The notes: generated from the sequence alone by a model not told the origin. Counted from the stretch's first letter, positions 9,655 to 19,458 are shown. The stretch: 64,000 nucleotides of DNA from a virus (IMGVR_UViG_3300031853_000005:53469-117468), one strand, 5' to 3'. Translations and numbers: made by a program.

Positions 9655-10011
9655 ATGAAGATTCTTTATAACATCAAGATGTTTGCCCTGGTTATCGCGA
9701 TTGTCGCAACTATGTTTAACACTACTGCCGATGCGGAAAATCTGGAAGACTTCACGCCACCCTGGGTGATCGATCATGTATATGCAAAAGTTGCAATTGT
9801 GGATAAGATCGATGAAGAGAATGATCTGGTTTACTTCCGGATTAATTATGGAGAAGATGGTCATTGGTATGTGATGGAAGGCATCGAGGATCTTTTTGTT
9901 GGAGATATCTGCGGACTGCTGATGAACGACAACGGTACACCGGAAATTTTCGATGACATCATTCTGAGCGCAACCTATAGCGGCTGGACTACTGAAGACT
10001 TTAACATCTGA
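9655..10011 (+). CDS. secreted hypothetical protein (118 aa; N-terminal signal peptide)
   Basis: AGGAGG RBS; hydrophobic h-region FALVIAIVATMF then ADAEN. Confidence 0.55.
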   Translation: MKILYNIKMFALVIAIVATMFNTTADAENLEDFTPPWVIDHVYAKVAIVDKIDEENDLVYFRINYGEDGHWYVMEGIEDLFVGDICGLLMNDNGTPEIFDDIILSATYSGWTTEDFNI

Positions 10012-10019
10012 TAGGAGAT

Positions 10020-10262
10020 TTGATAATGGAAAAATTGGTTTACTCTGGAGATCTTGAGCTTGTCGTAAGCGCTGCCAATCAGGCTGGATATATGGAAAGC
10101 AACGGAAGCATCTACGTAGATGATGATACGGAACTGACGGAGTTCATCCTGGAGATTCTCTACGAGTACGGAGAGCTTCCTGAAGAGAACACACAGTCGT
10201 TTGTAGACTACGCCTGTGATCGTCTGCTGGAAGAATACGGAACGGATGTTGCAACACACTGA
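10020..10262 (+). CDS. hypothetical acidic protein (80 aa)
   Basis: ORF with AGGAG RBS. Confidence 0.5.
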   Translation: MIMEKLVYSGDLELVVSAANQAGYMESNGSIYVDDDTELTEFILEILYEYGELPEENTQSFVDYACDRLLEEYGTDVATH

Positions 10263-10286
10263 GGTGGCTTGGAAAAGGAGAGACAT

Positions 10287-10532
10287 ATGGAAATCAAATA
10301 CTTTGAAATCATTTTTTCTGATGATGATCATGAACCGGAATGTTTGGCTGATGAAGCAATGTGTATTAAAGGATATCGACAGCCATCAATTGAAGAAGCA
10401 AATAGGTTTTGCAGATATGATGTGGAAAACATCTTTCATATGCCTGTAACTGGCGTATACGAAATCGACGAAGAACGCGCAAGAGCTTGGTATGATTTCA
10501 GTAATGAATCTGAATGGCCGATATTTAATTAA
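10287..10532 (+). CDS. hypothetical protein (81 aa)
   Basis: AAGGAGAG RBS + ATG 10287. Confidence 0.5.
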   Translation: MEIKYFEIIFSDDDHEPECLADEAMCIKGYRQPSIEEANRFCRYDVENIFHMPVTGVYEIDEERARAWYDFSNESEWPIFN

Positions 10533-10570
10533 ATTGATAAAAGGTGGAAAATTTATAATAAAACCATCCT

Positions 10571-10756
10571 TTGATTGGAGAAAATGAAATGGATTATAAA
10601 GAAATGTTTATCAAAGAAGAACCTGGGCTGTATGGAAAACCTGAATACAGAGTGCATCGAATCAAAGCAAACGGAGAAGATGATCCTACGCCTTGGACAT
10701 ATGCATATAGAGAAACAGCAATTAGTTATATAGTTGCTCATTCCATCAAAGAATAA
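10571..10756 (+). CDS. hypothetical protein (61 aa)
   Basis: ORF. Confidence 0.45.
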   Translation: MIGENEMDYKEMFIKEEPGLYGKPEYRVHRIKANGEDDPTPWTYAYRETAISYIVAHSIKE

Positions 10757-10791
10757 TTAGACGTTTAATTTATAAAAATGGAGGGTTAAAA

Positions 10792-11004
10792 ATGAAGAAC
10801 AGAAAGAACAATCATATTCCGAGGACTGCAAAACATCTGACCGTAAAGTGGCTGGTCGGAAACAGCGCATGTGCTGCCGGACAGATCGTCGAATTGGAAA
10901 AAGTTGAAAGCGGCTGGCATGAAGAAATCAACGGGCAAGGTTATTTCGTTTTCGCATCGATGGTACGCAATGGAAACTTGTGTGAAATTCTAAAGGTTGC
11001 ATAG
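10792..11004 (+). CDS. hypothetical protein (70 aa)
   Basis: GGAGGG RBS. Confidence 0.5.
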   Translation: MKNRKNNHIPRTAKHLTVKWLVGNSACAAGQIVELEKVESGWHEEINGQGYFVFASMVRNGNLCEILKVA

Positions 11005-11049
11005 GATAGCGGAATGGAGAATCAATAAAACTTTAATGGAGGGTTAAAA

Positions 11050-11256
11050 ATGAAAATTCTGTGGCCTTGGAAAATGGCAGCTCGTTTCGATGATGATTTT
11101 GAAATCGAAGTTTGTGGGAATAGCGACGAAGAGTGCATTGAAAAAATCGCAAATCTTCAGGGGCAGCATGGCGAATGTGTGTGGTATAGCGGAGTTTGCG
11201 ACGAAGACTATGTAAACGGCGAATATGTCGGAGCAGAAAATTTCATCTACGAATAA
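11050..11256 (+). CDS. hypothetical Cys-rich protein (68 aa)
   Basis: GGAGGG RBS. Confidence 0.5.
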   Translation: MKILWPWKMAARFDDDFEIEVCGNSDEECIEKIANLQGQHGECVWYSGVCDEDYVNGEYVGAENFIYE

Positions 11257-11282
11257 AAGAATTTTTGATAGGAGAAAATGAT

Positions 11283-11450
11283 ATGACATTGACGGAGATC
11301 AGAAAGAACGCGAGGAAAGCGGCGAAACGTGACGGATATGATCAGGTGATTATCTGCGCAAACGATGACGGAAGCTATTCTTTCAGCCGGAAATATCCTG
11401 GTTGCTGCCCTGATTGGTATGGAAAAATCATTGAAGTAGTCATTGCATAA
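11283..11450 (+). CDS. hypothetical protein (55 aa)
   Basis: AGGAGAAAATGATATG; ORF track 11196..11450 trimmed to RBS-supported ATG. Confidence 0.45.
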   Translation: MTLTEIRKNARKAAKRDGYDQVIICANDDGSYSFSRKYPGCCPDWYGKIIEVVIA

Positions 11451-11473
11451 TGGGTTAGGAGGATGTGGAAAAT

Positions 11474-11686
11474 ATGAAGAGAGCTGCGCAGGAAACAAGA
11501 GTGCTGTCTATCACAACTTTAGGTGGAGAACTTGTGATTGAGAAGTTCTGCCCAAAAGGATTTTTTATGGTGCGAATCAGCGGCAGGAACTATGTTGTCA
11601 AGTCTACTGTCGAAGAGCTGGAAGAGCTTATCAAACAGGACAAGATTATTGATTACACATCTTTAGATGCATGGAAAATTAAGTGA
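11474..11686 (+). CDS. hypothetical protein (70 aa)
   Basis: AGGAGGATG..ATG 11474. Confidence 0.5.
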   Translation: MKRAAQETRVLSITTLGGELVIEKFCPKGFFMVRISGRNYVVKSTVEELEELIKQDKIIDYTSLDAWKIK

Positions 11687-11695
11687 TAGGAGGGT

Positions 11696-12010
11696 ATGGA
11701 AAATATGGAACTTCCGATTGAAGTAAATGGTTGGTATCTTCTTGACTATGATTCCGCAATGTATCACAGAGAGACACCTGAAGGACATGAGTTTATAGAC
11801 ATGACCTGGCTTGACACAACAGAAGATGATCCTGAGTACGGCACCGGCAGAGAGTATTGTGTATGTACAAATCTGGAAGAAACGAAAGACTTTGAAGAAG
11901 CGGAGAATGATTTCTTTGATCTTCACCATGTCGATGCGTTCTGTATTTCAGATGTTGTAACAAAGGAAGAGGCGCAACAGATCATTCTGGATTATATAGC
12001 CAATCATTAA
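11696..12010 (+). CDS. hypothetical acidic protein (104 aa)
   Basis: AGGAGGG RBS. Confidence 0.55.
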   Translation: MENMELPIEVNGWYLLDYDSAMYHRETPEGHEFIDMTWLDTTEDDPEYGTGREYCVCTNLEETKDFEEAENDFFDLHHVDAFCISDVVTKEEAQQIILDYIANH

Positions 12011-12021
12011 AGGAGGTAGCA

Positions 12022-12237
12022 ATGGAAAATCCGAGACAGATTCAGCGCGAGGAAATCAAGATCGGTCGGAGAGTTGTAATCATCAGCATGATTGAGTATA
12101 AGCCTGGATGGTATGAAACCATCGCAATGAACCGCAATGGCAAGGAGTTTGCTTTGCTTAGATCGGATAGTCTGGAAAAATCGAAAGCATTCTTCGATGA
12201 GCAGGCGAGGAAATACAAGGCAGAAATCAGTCTTTAA
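12022..12237 (+). CDS. hypothetical protein (71 aa)
   Basis: AGGAGG RBS. Confidence 0.5.
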   Translation: MENPRQIQREEIKIGRRVVIISMIEYKPGWYETIAMNRNGKEFALLRSDSLEKSKAFFDEQARKYKAEISL

Positions 12238-12256
12238 AAACAAATAAAAAAAGTTC

Positions 12257-12285
12257 TTGACTTTAGCACTTGAATGTGCTAATAT
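12257..12285 (+). promoter_or_regulatory. sigma-70 promoter TTGACT-17-TAATAT with embedded palindromic operator TAGCACttgaatGTGCTA
   Basis: aagttcTTGACTttagcacttgaatgtgcTAATATacatc; 6-bp inverted arms span the spacer. Confidence 0.55.
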
Positions 12286-12329
12286 ACATCATGGATGGAG
12301 CAGACAACAAAATTAAGGAGGTAAACACA

Positions 12330-13001
12330 ATGCTGAAATCCACTATTATCAAAGAAAAGATCACTGAGAATCACCAGAGATCGTCAGAACTGGAAAAACT
12401 GATCAATAATCGTGCGACACCTTCTTCCATCCAGGAGATGAAAGAAGAAGCATGGCAGAGCTACAAACAGGAAGTTGGTAGATGGAGTGATGAACTGAAC
12501 TTCAGAAGAATCCTTGGTAAGATTCTGAAGGACAATTACAGAATAGCAATCTTCACCGAAGTGATGCCGGTTCTACATGAAGTGCTGCTCAAGTACAATG
12601 GAAAATCCATTGGCCCAAAGACACAAGACAAGATCAGCCATGAGCTGGAAGAGAAGACTGGGTTCAAGTGCTCTCTGTATAATGACACATACGATTCCAA
12701 GATCGTGATTTACTCTTATGAATGTGGTCTTTATTATAAAGACATGGAGATTTGGAAATACGGAATGTTCGACGGCAACAAGCTTGTTGTGTTTCCGATT
12801 GAAGAATACAAGCTGTCTTATTGCTCTGAGTATGTGGATGATCCTGAAGCAAGAGCAAACGAGATTAAGGCTGGTATGGAAAATCTGGTTCATCTGTATG
12901 ATAACTTCAGAGAAGCTTGTGACAAGTTCAATGATCTTCTGCCGAGCGGAATTGAAAATGCTTCTGCGTATAACTTCAAGCCTTATATTTCTTATCAATA
13001 A
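12330..13001 (+). CDS. hypothetical protein (223 aa)
   Basis: AAGGAGG RBS + ATG 12330 (ORF track 12270..13001). Confidence 0.6.
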   Translation: MLKSTIIKEKITENHQRSSELEKLINNRATPSSIQEMKEEAWQSYKQEVGRWSDELNFRRILGKILKDNYRIAIFTEVMPVLHEVLLKYNGKSIGPKTQDKISHELEEKTGFKCSLYNDTYDSKIVIYSYECGLYYKDMEIWKYGMFDGNKLVVFPIEEYKLSYCSEYVDDPEARANEIKAGMENLVHLYDNFREACDKFNDLLPSGIENASAYNFKPYISYQ

Positions 13002-13102
13002 ACAACAGAAAATAATTATTGACAGAAACACAGACCACACCGGAAGTCCGGTGTAATGTGGCCGATGCCTGTTGGCAGCCAGGATAATAAGGAGGATTAC
13101 AT

Positions 13103-13327
13103 ATGGATTTCGACGGTTGGATTGCCGGATGCAAAGTAAGAGTTTTCGATTGGATTGATGGAAAGCATATCTATATGAATGCCGAGTATTACAAGCCTGG
13201 TTCTTCTCTGAGCCAGAAGCCAGCGATTGAGAAATCGGTTTTGTTCGATAAGGCAGATGTGGAAAAATTGCGGAACAATCTGCATAGCATTGTTAATGGG
13301 ATTATGTTTGGAGGTCTTGTTGCATAA
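13103..13327 (+). CDS. hypothetical protein (74 aa)
   Basis: AAGGAGG RBS. Confidence 0.5.
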   Translation: MDFDGWIAGCKVRVFDWIDGKHIYMNAEYYKPGSSLSQKPAIEKSVLFDKADVEKLRNNLHSIVNGIMFGGLVA

Positions 13328-13584
13328 TGAGAAAAACATACAATGCGGACAAAACAAGATATATCACAGAGTCTATCGGCAGACATTGGGAACACAGAAT
13401 AGAAATCTGGGATAAGCGCGGCGGATTCTGGGGACTTGCCTACTGGAACACAGACAAAGAGGAAGCCTGGAAACATTGGGAGCAGATCAAAGATGAACCG
13501 ATCAAGAAATATGACATGGGATGGATAGATTTTAGTGATGAAGGAGGAACTGATCAATGCTGTATCCAGGCTGTAAGTGCATGA
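13327..13584 (+). CDS. hypothetical protein (85 aa)
   Basis: ORF, start overlaps previous stop (ATAATG). Confidence 0.5.
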   Translation: MRKTYNADKTRYITESIGRHWEHRIEIWDKRGGFWGLAYWNTDKEEAWKHWEQIKDEPIKKYDMGWIDFSDEGGTDQCCIQAVSA

Positions 13585-13826
13585 CGGTAGACGATGCAGA
13601 GGAAATGGAAAATCTCAACTATAAAAATGGCTGGGGTTTTACATATGTTGAACTTGGAAATCTTTTTGTCGAGCATTATAAGGCGAGAAACAAAAATGAT
13701 ATCCGCACGATGGAGAAGATCGAGTATCGCCTGACTGATGCGAATTTCCACAGCGAAGCAAGCAAATTACATGATGGTTCATACATGGATCTTATGTGTG
13801 AAGTAATGGAAAATCTGGATGATTAA
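13557..13826 (+). CDS. hypothetical protein (89 aa)
   Basis: ORF with GGAGG RBS. Confidence 0.5.
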   Translation: MLYPGCKCMTVDDAEEMENLNYKNGWGFTYVELGNLFVEHYKARNKNDIRTMEKIEYRLTDANFHSEASKLHDGSYMDLMCEVMENLDD

Positions 13827-13841
13827 AAGGAGGAAAGAATC

Positions 13842-14636
13842 TTGGCAAAGAATGATAAAAGACTTGTAAGAGATCCACACCAGAAGAAAATCGTCGAGCT
13901 GTTCAGCCGCTTTGATGGTAGCAAGAATCGCAGAAAGATCTTCGAAGATTTCATTACCATGTCTGCAATTGCTGTGTCGAATGTTGTGGACAAAACGCAT
14001 TTTGATGAACGAGAGCAGCGTTATCTGGATATTGCGAAGCAGTACAGCAAAGAAGAGCTGGAAACTTTTGCTGAGATGAACGCGCATATTGTCATGGGCA
14101 TGGATGACAATCCGAATCAGGACTTTCTTGGCGAAATGTATATGAACCTGAACTTTGGCAGTGAGACAACCGGACAGTTCTTTACTCCGTATAGCGTTTG
14201 CCGCGTGATGGCAGAAGTTACGACAAACTTTGAGCGCCTTGAACATGATCTGGAAGAAAAGGGATTTGTTTCTGTAACAGATCCAGCTTGCGGAGCCGGC
14301 GCGACACTGATTGCATTTGCCAATACATGTAAGGAATATGACATCAACTACCAGGAAAAAGTGTTGTTTGTTGCGCAGGATATTGATGAGGTCGTTGGAT
14401 TGATGTGCTATCTTGCACTGTCTTATATGGGTTGCCCTGGCTATGTTGTGATTGGAAATTCTCTTACGAATCCAACCGTGAGCTTTGACAAGCGTTCTCT
14501 TCTTCCGAAGGATGATGGGAACATTTGGAGAACGCCGATGTTTCAGACACACTGGATGTGGCAGGGAAGACAGCAGGCTGCAATGATGGATCTGCTTCTC
14601 TCCGGATTCTTTGACAAGAAGGAGAATGTCGCTTGA
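13842..14636 (+). CDS. HsdM-like N6-adenine DNA methyltransferase N-terminal fragment (motifs X and I present, catalytic NPPF/Y motif IV absent)
   Basis: GQFFTPYSVCRVMAEV (motif X, cf. G-x-Y-x-TP), DPACGAGATLIAF (motif I, cf. DPACGSGGFL), AQDIDEVVGLMCYLALSYMG...IGNSLTNP (cf. GQEIN..MNLLLHGI..GDTL); ORF ends at 264 aa before any NPP[FYW]. Confidence 0.6.
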   Translation: MAKNDKRLVRDPHQKKIVELFSRFDGSKNRRKIFEDFITMSAIAVSNVVDKTHFDEREQRYLDIAKQYSKEELETFAEMNAHIVMGMDDNPNQDFLGEMYMNLNFGSETTGQFFTPYSVCRVMAEVTTNFERLEHDLEEKGFVSVTDPACGAGATLIAFANTCKEYDINYQEKVLFVAQDIDEVVGLMCYLALSYMGCPGYVVIGNSLTNPTVSFDKRSLLPKDDGNIWRTPMFQTHWMWQGRQQAAMMDLLLSGFFDKKENVA

Positions 14637-14893
14637 AGCAAAAGAAAATCCGTGGAAATCCAGTTTACTGGGAATCTGATAACGGATTTGTTGCCGTAAC
14701 CTACAATGTATTTGGAATGGGTAGCCAGTTTAAAGTCTATCGGAAAGCTTATTACCACCAGGATGAATTGGAAAATTTCATGACTTACTGGGACTATGTT
14801 ATTTCATTTACATTTGTAGGTGAGGCGATTGAATACGCAAAACGCATGGTGGATGCCCCAGTATATAGAAACAAATTTGATTATAACAATTAA
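14633..14893 (+). CDS. hypothetical protein (86 aa)
   Basis: ORF, 4-nt overlap. Confidence 0.5.
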   Translation: MKQKKIRGNPVYWESDNGFVAVTYNVFGMGSQFKVYRKAYYHQDELENFMTYWDYVISFTFVGEAIEYAKRMVDAPVYRNKFDYNN

Positions 14894-14914
14894 TACATAA
14901 AGGAGAGAAATAAT

Positions 14915-15145
14915 ATGGCAGCTATGGAAAATTTGAGAGTGATTTGTGAAGACGCATCCAATGGAAAGTTTCCTGAAGGCTTTACACTGATGCAGGTATG
15001 GCATCTGATTGATATCTATAACGATCTTGAGCGTGGGAAGAAGCATGAATTCATCGAGTATGAAATTGCCAGACTCCTGGACTCCGTAGGAATCAAGACG
15101 GAGCACAAGGGAATCGGCTGGGAAGCAATTCCGGTGGCTGCATAA
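14915..15145 (+). CDS. hypothetical protein (76 aa)
   Basis: AGGAGAG RBS. Confidence 0.5.
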   Translation: MAAMENLRVICEDASNGKFPEGFTLMQVWHLIDIYNDLERGKKHEFIEYEIARLLDSVGIKTEHKGIGWEAIPVAA

Positions 15146-15774
15146 TGGTTTGGGTTGATGAATTAGGCAGCACTGAGAATAAGCTTGTTGTTTCTGGATT
15201 AATGATCAGAGTTCCTGATAGCATTGAGTTTGATCCTTATTATGATAGGGAAGAATCGAAGGAATATGTCCCTGTTTATGAGGATTATTTGGGACTATGT
15301 GCGAAAGAGATCGGTATGATAATGTCAGAAATTTTGAACAAGTTTAAATTGAATACTGTCGTGCTGTCACATGACTGCCAGATAAAATTAACTTTTGATC
15401 AGTATGAATTGCATGATCGAGATGAAGTTCTGAAGGAAATTCTGAATATGATCGAGGCATTTCCGGCACGATGGACATGGGCAAAGGTTCATTGGATTAC
15501 GATTCCAGTTTCAGGTGCGGCTGATCGAATGGCTGCAAACATCTGCGAAGCACTGAAGGATGAATATGTTCATATCGGAAAACGAGTTGGAAAGCTGACG
15601 CGAAATTCTGATGGAGCATATATCTTCAAGAAAAAGTTTTCAAAACATAATGGATTCTGCTTGACTGCCGAACAAATCTGTGAGGAATATTTGTTGAACC
15701 ATGCGTTCTTCAGACATGGAAAAGGAGAATCCAAGGTTACAACAAACCTGAGTGCAGCCGCATCGTGGAGATAA
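15145..15774 (+). CDS. hypothetical protein (209 aa)
   Basis: ORF, ATAATG overlap with previous stop. Confidence 0.55.
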   Translation: MVWVDELGSTENKLVVSGLMIRVPDSIEFDPYYDREESKEYVPVYEDYLGLCAKEIGMIMSEILNKFKLNTVVLSHDCQIKLTFDQYELHDRDEVLKEILNMIEAFPARWTWAKVHWITIPVSGAADRMAANICEALKDEYVHIGKRVGKLTRNSDGAYIFKKKFSKHNGFCLTAEQICEEYLLNHAFFRHGKGESKVTTNLSAAASWR

Positions 15775-16001
15775 GAATGAGAGATTACATAATTGGATTT
15801 TTAATATGCTGGTCTGTCTTTGGTGCCGTAATTCTGATTGCGGATACGTTTGATATGTGCATCAAAATTAATAACGTTGCCGTATTGATCGCCATGAGCC
15901 TCCCAGTGTTCATTCCAGTGGCGTTAATAGCGGTATCGTATGGATGGATCTGGCATCTTGTATATGTGATAAAGAAGAAATGGAGGATGGTTCATAGATG
16001 A
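15765..16001 (+). CDS. small membrane protein (78 aa, 2 predicted TM)
   Basis: Two hydrophobic stretches IIGFLICWSVFGAVILIA and VLIAMSLPVFIPVALIAV. Confidence 0.5.
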   Translation: MEIRMRDYIIGFLICWSVFGAVILIADTFDMCIKINNVAVLIAMSLPVFIPVALIAVSYGWIWHLVYVIKKKWRMVHR

Positions 16002-16342
16002 AAGTCAATCGTTATAAGATCAAGGATGGCGTAACGTTCGATGATATTCTGAAGCTTCCGAGAATCCAGGATGGCGGCAATTATGTTGAGCCGTCTGCGA
16101 AGAAGATGCTCTGGAAGGAATTATATAAGAACATCGATGTAAACATTGCATTTCCAGAAGACCTCTCTACATGGGATGATTTCAATTTCATCCTGGTGAT
16201 CGATGACGATTTTGGACAGCCATATACTCCGTTCTACAGTCACCTCAACAATCCTGACAGAGTGCCGTTCTCTTTTGTTGGTACAGTAATTAACAATTAC
16301 AATCAGTTTATGAGCGAGCTTGGTATCTTTGAGGAGGTATGA
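15998..16342 (+). CDS. hypothetical protein (114 aa)
   Basis: ORF, 4-nt overlap. Confidence 0.5.
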   Translation: MKVNRYKIKDGVTFDDILKLPRIQDGGNYVEPSAKKMLWKELYKNIDVNIAFPEDLSTWDDFNFILVIDDDFGQPYTPFYSHLNNPDRVPFSFVGTVINNYNQFMSELGIFEEV

Positions 16343-16343
16343 G

Positions 16344-17138
16344 ATGTCTGTTTGCGATCCAATTAATCCGAGAATGATTGCGAGAGCTTGGAATCTGAAT
16401 CCGAAATCATTTCCGATTGGTAGTGTTGTGTACTTCCTGAGAAACAAGAAACATAGTTCCGAGAAAGAAATTTATTACGGAACAGTGATTGAACATTATG
16501 CATCGGAGATTGCAATTCAGCTTTATGAGATGATTGATGTACGTGAGATCGATGGAATTCCAGTAAAGGAATTTGATACACCGACAGAATGGCGTAAACT
16601 TCCGAAGGGCTGGACATGGGATACAACTCTATTTGAAGTTGAATGGAAGATGACAAAATTCCAGCGTAATTATGAGATGGATTTAAGAAAGCCGGATGAC
16701 ATTCTGAAGGCTATCAATGATGGTATTTTGGTAAAAGTTTCTGAGAATGATCATGCAATGTTTCGTTCCGAAGTGGATAGCAAGCTTGGCTGGCGAATCG
16801 TCAGAGAATATTCCGAAGACTGGATGACGGACTATACATGCGAACCGTTCTATCAGTGCTATGCTACATGGGAAGAAGCCCAGGCAGAACTTGACGCAAT
16901 TCTGGAAGAAAACCAGAGGCAGGCTTCTTTGACAGACTATGAATGGAGCGTTGAGCAGATGGATGAAAAGCTAAACCGCTGGGCATACATCTACAGCATC
17001 GCGCCTGAAGCAAAGAAACAGGTAAGAGATCGGCTCCTCGCCCTGGATAACTTTGAAGATGTGTGTCTGCGCATTTCTGGCGGTGGTTTGGAATGGAAAT
17101 ACGATAGGAATAAGAGGTGGATTCGCATTGAGGTGTAA
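16344..17138 (+). CDS. hypothetical protein (264 aa)
   Basis: GAGGAGG RBS + ATG 16344. Confidence 0.55.
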   Translation: MSVCDPINPRMIARAWNLNPKSFPIGSVVYFLRNKKHSSEKEIYYGTVIEHYASEIAIQLYEMIDVREIDGIPVKEFDTPTEWRKLPKGWTWDTTLFEVEWKMTKFQRNYEMDLRKPDDILKAINDGILVKVSENDHAMFRSEVDSKLGWRIVREYSEDWMTDYTCEPFYQCYATWEEAQAELDAILEENQRQASLTDYEWSVEQMDEKLNRWAYIYSIAPEAKKQVRDRLLALDNFEDVCLRISGGGLEWKYDRNKRWIRIEV

Positions 17139-17142
17139 GTAT

Positions 17143-17313
17143 ATGAACAAAGAACAGAAAGAGAAATGGAATCTGTCGCAGTATCCAAACTTCTCTGTAA
17201 CTGGCAGTATAACAGGTATGAAAAAGCTGTACTATGGAGAAGATGCACTTCTCGTTCGTAGTGGTAGATGGATCTATAAAGTGCCGCAGGATGTATACGA
17301 CGCAGCATCATGA
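17143..17313 (+). CDS. hypothetical protein (56 aa)
   Basis: ATG 17143 in frame with ORF 17053..17313. Confidence 0.4.
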   Translation: MNKEQKEKWNLSQYPNFSVTGSITGMKKLYYGEDALLVRSGRWIYKVPQDVYDAAS

Positions 17314-18020
17314 GAATCATTGACAAGAACACAGATTTCTATGATTACTGGCAGAATGTTTATCGAGATGATTCAATTACATTCGACAGAACGGATTCAT
17401 TTCTTGTCACAAAAGAGATTTTATGTGAACATCTCTGGGTTGAGAGCGTGAGACATGGATTCATAGCGGAACGAAATAAAAATCGTTTTCTCCTGCTTCA
17501 GATATGCAATACATTCTGGTTGTTCCTGGTAGAGATCACGAAAGAATCAAATTACGATAAGCCTATAGATTATGATTTAGAGTTTTTGACAACTTGGAAA
17601 AACTATAATAAAGATCGTAAGTTGATCAGCCTGGATGTAATCGATCTGGATTTCTCTGTCGATATGCAGTTGTATCAGAAACGAAATTATCATACTTATG
17701 ATAAAGATAGAATCAGAAGTCGAATGGATTCGATTATCCAGGCGATTGATACGAATAACTTTCGCGCCAGGAGCAGTATTGATTACTATGCTTTTTGCAA
17801 AGGCGATTATCAGAACAAAGTTGAAAAGCATATTCCGCTTCTGAAGGCATGTGGTATCGGTAATTGCATTGATTCGCTTGAAGTATTCCTCGCGTTTGAA
17901 GAATATTTCTCCCATGAAAAGACAAGTACAGAAAGAACCGCATCGATAGGACTGACGAATGATGAAAAGATATCAAATCATGGATTTGATCTAAAAGAAT
18001 CATTCCGAGGAAAGACATAG
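17310..18020 (+). CDS. hypothetical protein (236 aa)
   Basis: ORF, 4-nt overlap. Confidence 0.55.
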   Translation: MRIIDKNTDFYDYWQNVYRDDSITFDRTDSFLVTKEILCEHLWVESVRHGFIAERNKNRFLLLQICNTFWLFLVEITKESNYDKPIDYDLEFLTTWKNYNKDRKLISLDVIDLDFSVDMQLYQKRNYHTYDKDRIRSRMDSIIQAIDTNNFRARSSIDYYAFCKGDYQNKVEKHIPLLKACGIGNCIDSLEVFLAFEEYFSHEKTSTERTASIGLTNDEKISNHGFDLKESFRGKT

Positions 18021-18035
18021 TGAAGGAGATAATAT

Positions 18036-18413
18036 ATGCGCAGAGTTACGTATTATATTAATGACATAGAGTGGTTCAGAAATGATCTGACACATCACAA
18101 TCCAGAGCTTACAATCGCCCAGATCGAGGACATTCTTGGCAACATGAGTCCGGCATTCATAGCTGAGTACAGTCTGATTGGAGATACGCAGCCTGATCGT
18201 TATGAGCTTTCTGTTGCGAATAACAATGGTGGTTTTGATAAATGCAGCATTAATGCTCCTCGTCTGAATGGATATCATCACATGATTCTGAATGACTGCT
18301 GGCGGCATTACATGGGCAGAGAGCATACCGGCACAGACATTCTTGTAGGGTATCCGAAAGAAGATGTATTCGGTTGCATTGAAATCATTGAAACGGAGGA
18401 AAAAGAATCTTGA
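18036..18413 (+). CDS. hypothetical protein (125 aa)
   Basis: AAGGAG RBS. Confidence 0.55.
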   Translation: MRRVTYYINDIEWFRNDLTHHNPELTIAQIEDILGNMSPAFIAEYSLIGDTQPDRYELSVANNNGGFDKCSINAPRLNGYHHMILNDCWRHYMGREHTGTDILVGYPKEDVFGCIEIIETEEKES

Positions 18414-18997
18414 CTGAACTGACAAAGAAACAACTTGCCGCAATTCAGCGTGTGATTAACAGATGTGAGCGCAGATATGCTGTCGCAAATGATCCGTATT
18501 CAGGAGAGATTTTCACGGATGATGGCATTTGTGTAACAGATGGCTATATCGCTATTTATTATCCTGAGTCTCAGAATCTTAAAAAGAATGAAAAGATCGA
18601 TAAGATAGCGATGCAGAAGATGATGAGTTACAAAGAAAAGTTCTTCGGATATCAGGGTTATATCGTTAATGAACCGTTTGATATGAAGCTATATGATCAT
18701 CCGCAGACCTGGCTGAAAACGCAGATGGAGGAAGTTCCGGTTGTTGTGTGCCAGAATGGAGACGGAATTGATCTGACAGCGAGATATGGCAAGTGGCCGC
18801 TTGACTGTTATAAAGCGAGATTCATCAGGAAAGATATCATTGATGCCTGCGAAGCGGTAGGGAAGAACGCCGCCTGTTATCTGGTGAAAAGCGAGAATGG
18901 AATTGTTTCCATGCTGGTTGCTCAGTGCATAAATGGTAAATTGCAGAAAGACGAAGTTTGTGCATGTATCATGCCGGTTAGAGTAAGAGAATGGTAA
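18410..18997 (+). CDS. hypothetical protein (195 aa)
   Basis: ORF, 4-nt overlap. Confidence 0.55.
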   Translation: MTELTKKQLAAIQRVINRCERRYAVANDPYSGEIFTDDGICVTDGYIAIYYPESQNLKKNEKIDKIAMQKMMSYKEKFFGYQGYIVNEPFDMKLYDHPQTWLKTQMEEVPVVVCQNGDGIDLTARYGKWPLDCYKARFIRKDIIDACEAVGKNAACYLVKSENGIVSMLVAQCINGKLQKDEVCACIMPVRVREW

Positions 18998-19191
18998 GAG
19001 ATATTACATATTGCACGAACGATGATTGCCCATTTGAAGACTGCTGGCGAAATCCAGAGAACCTTAAGAATGAAACAGCGAAGTATGTCAGTCTCGCAAA
19101 CTTCGGTGGCGTATGTCGAAGATATCTCTGTCATCTGATCGGTGAAATTCATGATGAAAATGTCGAAGATTATTATTTGGGAGATGAATAA
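18991..19191 (+). CDS. hypothetical Cys-rich protein (66 aa)
   Basis: ORF. Confidence 0.45.
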   Translation: MVRDITYCTNDDCPFEDCWRNPENLKNETAKYVSLANFGGVCRRYLCHLIGEIHDENVEDYYLGDE

Positions 19192-19458
19192 ATGGAACAT
19201 CTGTTCAGCGGTTATAATCGAGGATATCAGAAAGCATTAATCGATCTGAAGAACCTGTTTGAGAACGGCGAAAGTCAGTATACGAAGACAAAGAAGCAGT
19301 ATAAGACAATGGTCATGTCTGTTCTGAAGCTCCTGTCAGAAGATTCATATATCAGAGATCAGTTCCAGCAAATGGGCGGTCTGAATGGGATCGTCAACCA
19401 GTATGTGTCCGTGAAGCAGAAACCTGACGGCACAGTTTTTGCTCAGTACGAGCGTTGA
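19192..19458 (+). CDS. hypothetical protein (88 aa)
   Basis: ORF. Confidence 0.5.
   Translation: MEHLFSGYNRGYQKALIDLKNLFENGESQYTKTKKQYKTMVMSVLKLLSEDSYIRDQFQQMGGLNGIVNQYVSVKQKPDGTVFAQYER

Noticed and set aside
13019-13075. TTGACA box at 13019 as a functional promoter
   Set aside because: No acceptable -10 hexamer at 16-19 bp spacing; the downstream sequence instead forms hairpins (cacaccggaagtccggtgt).
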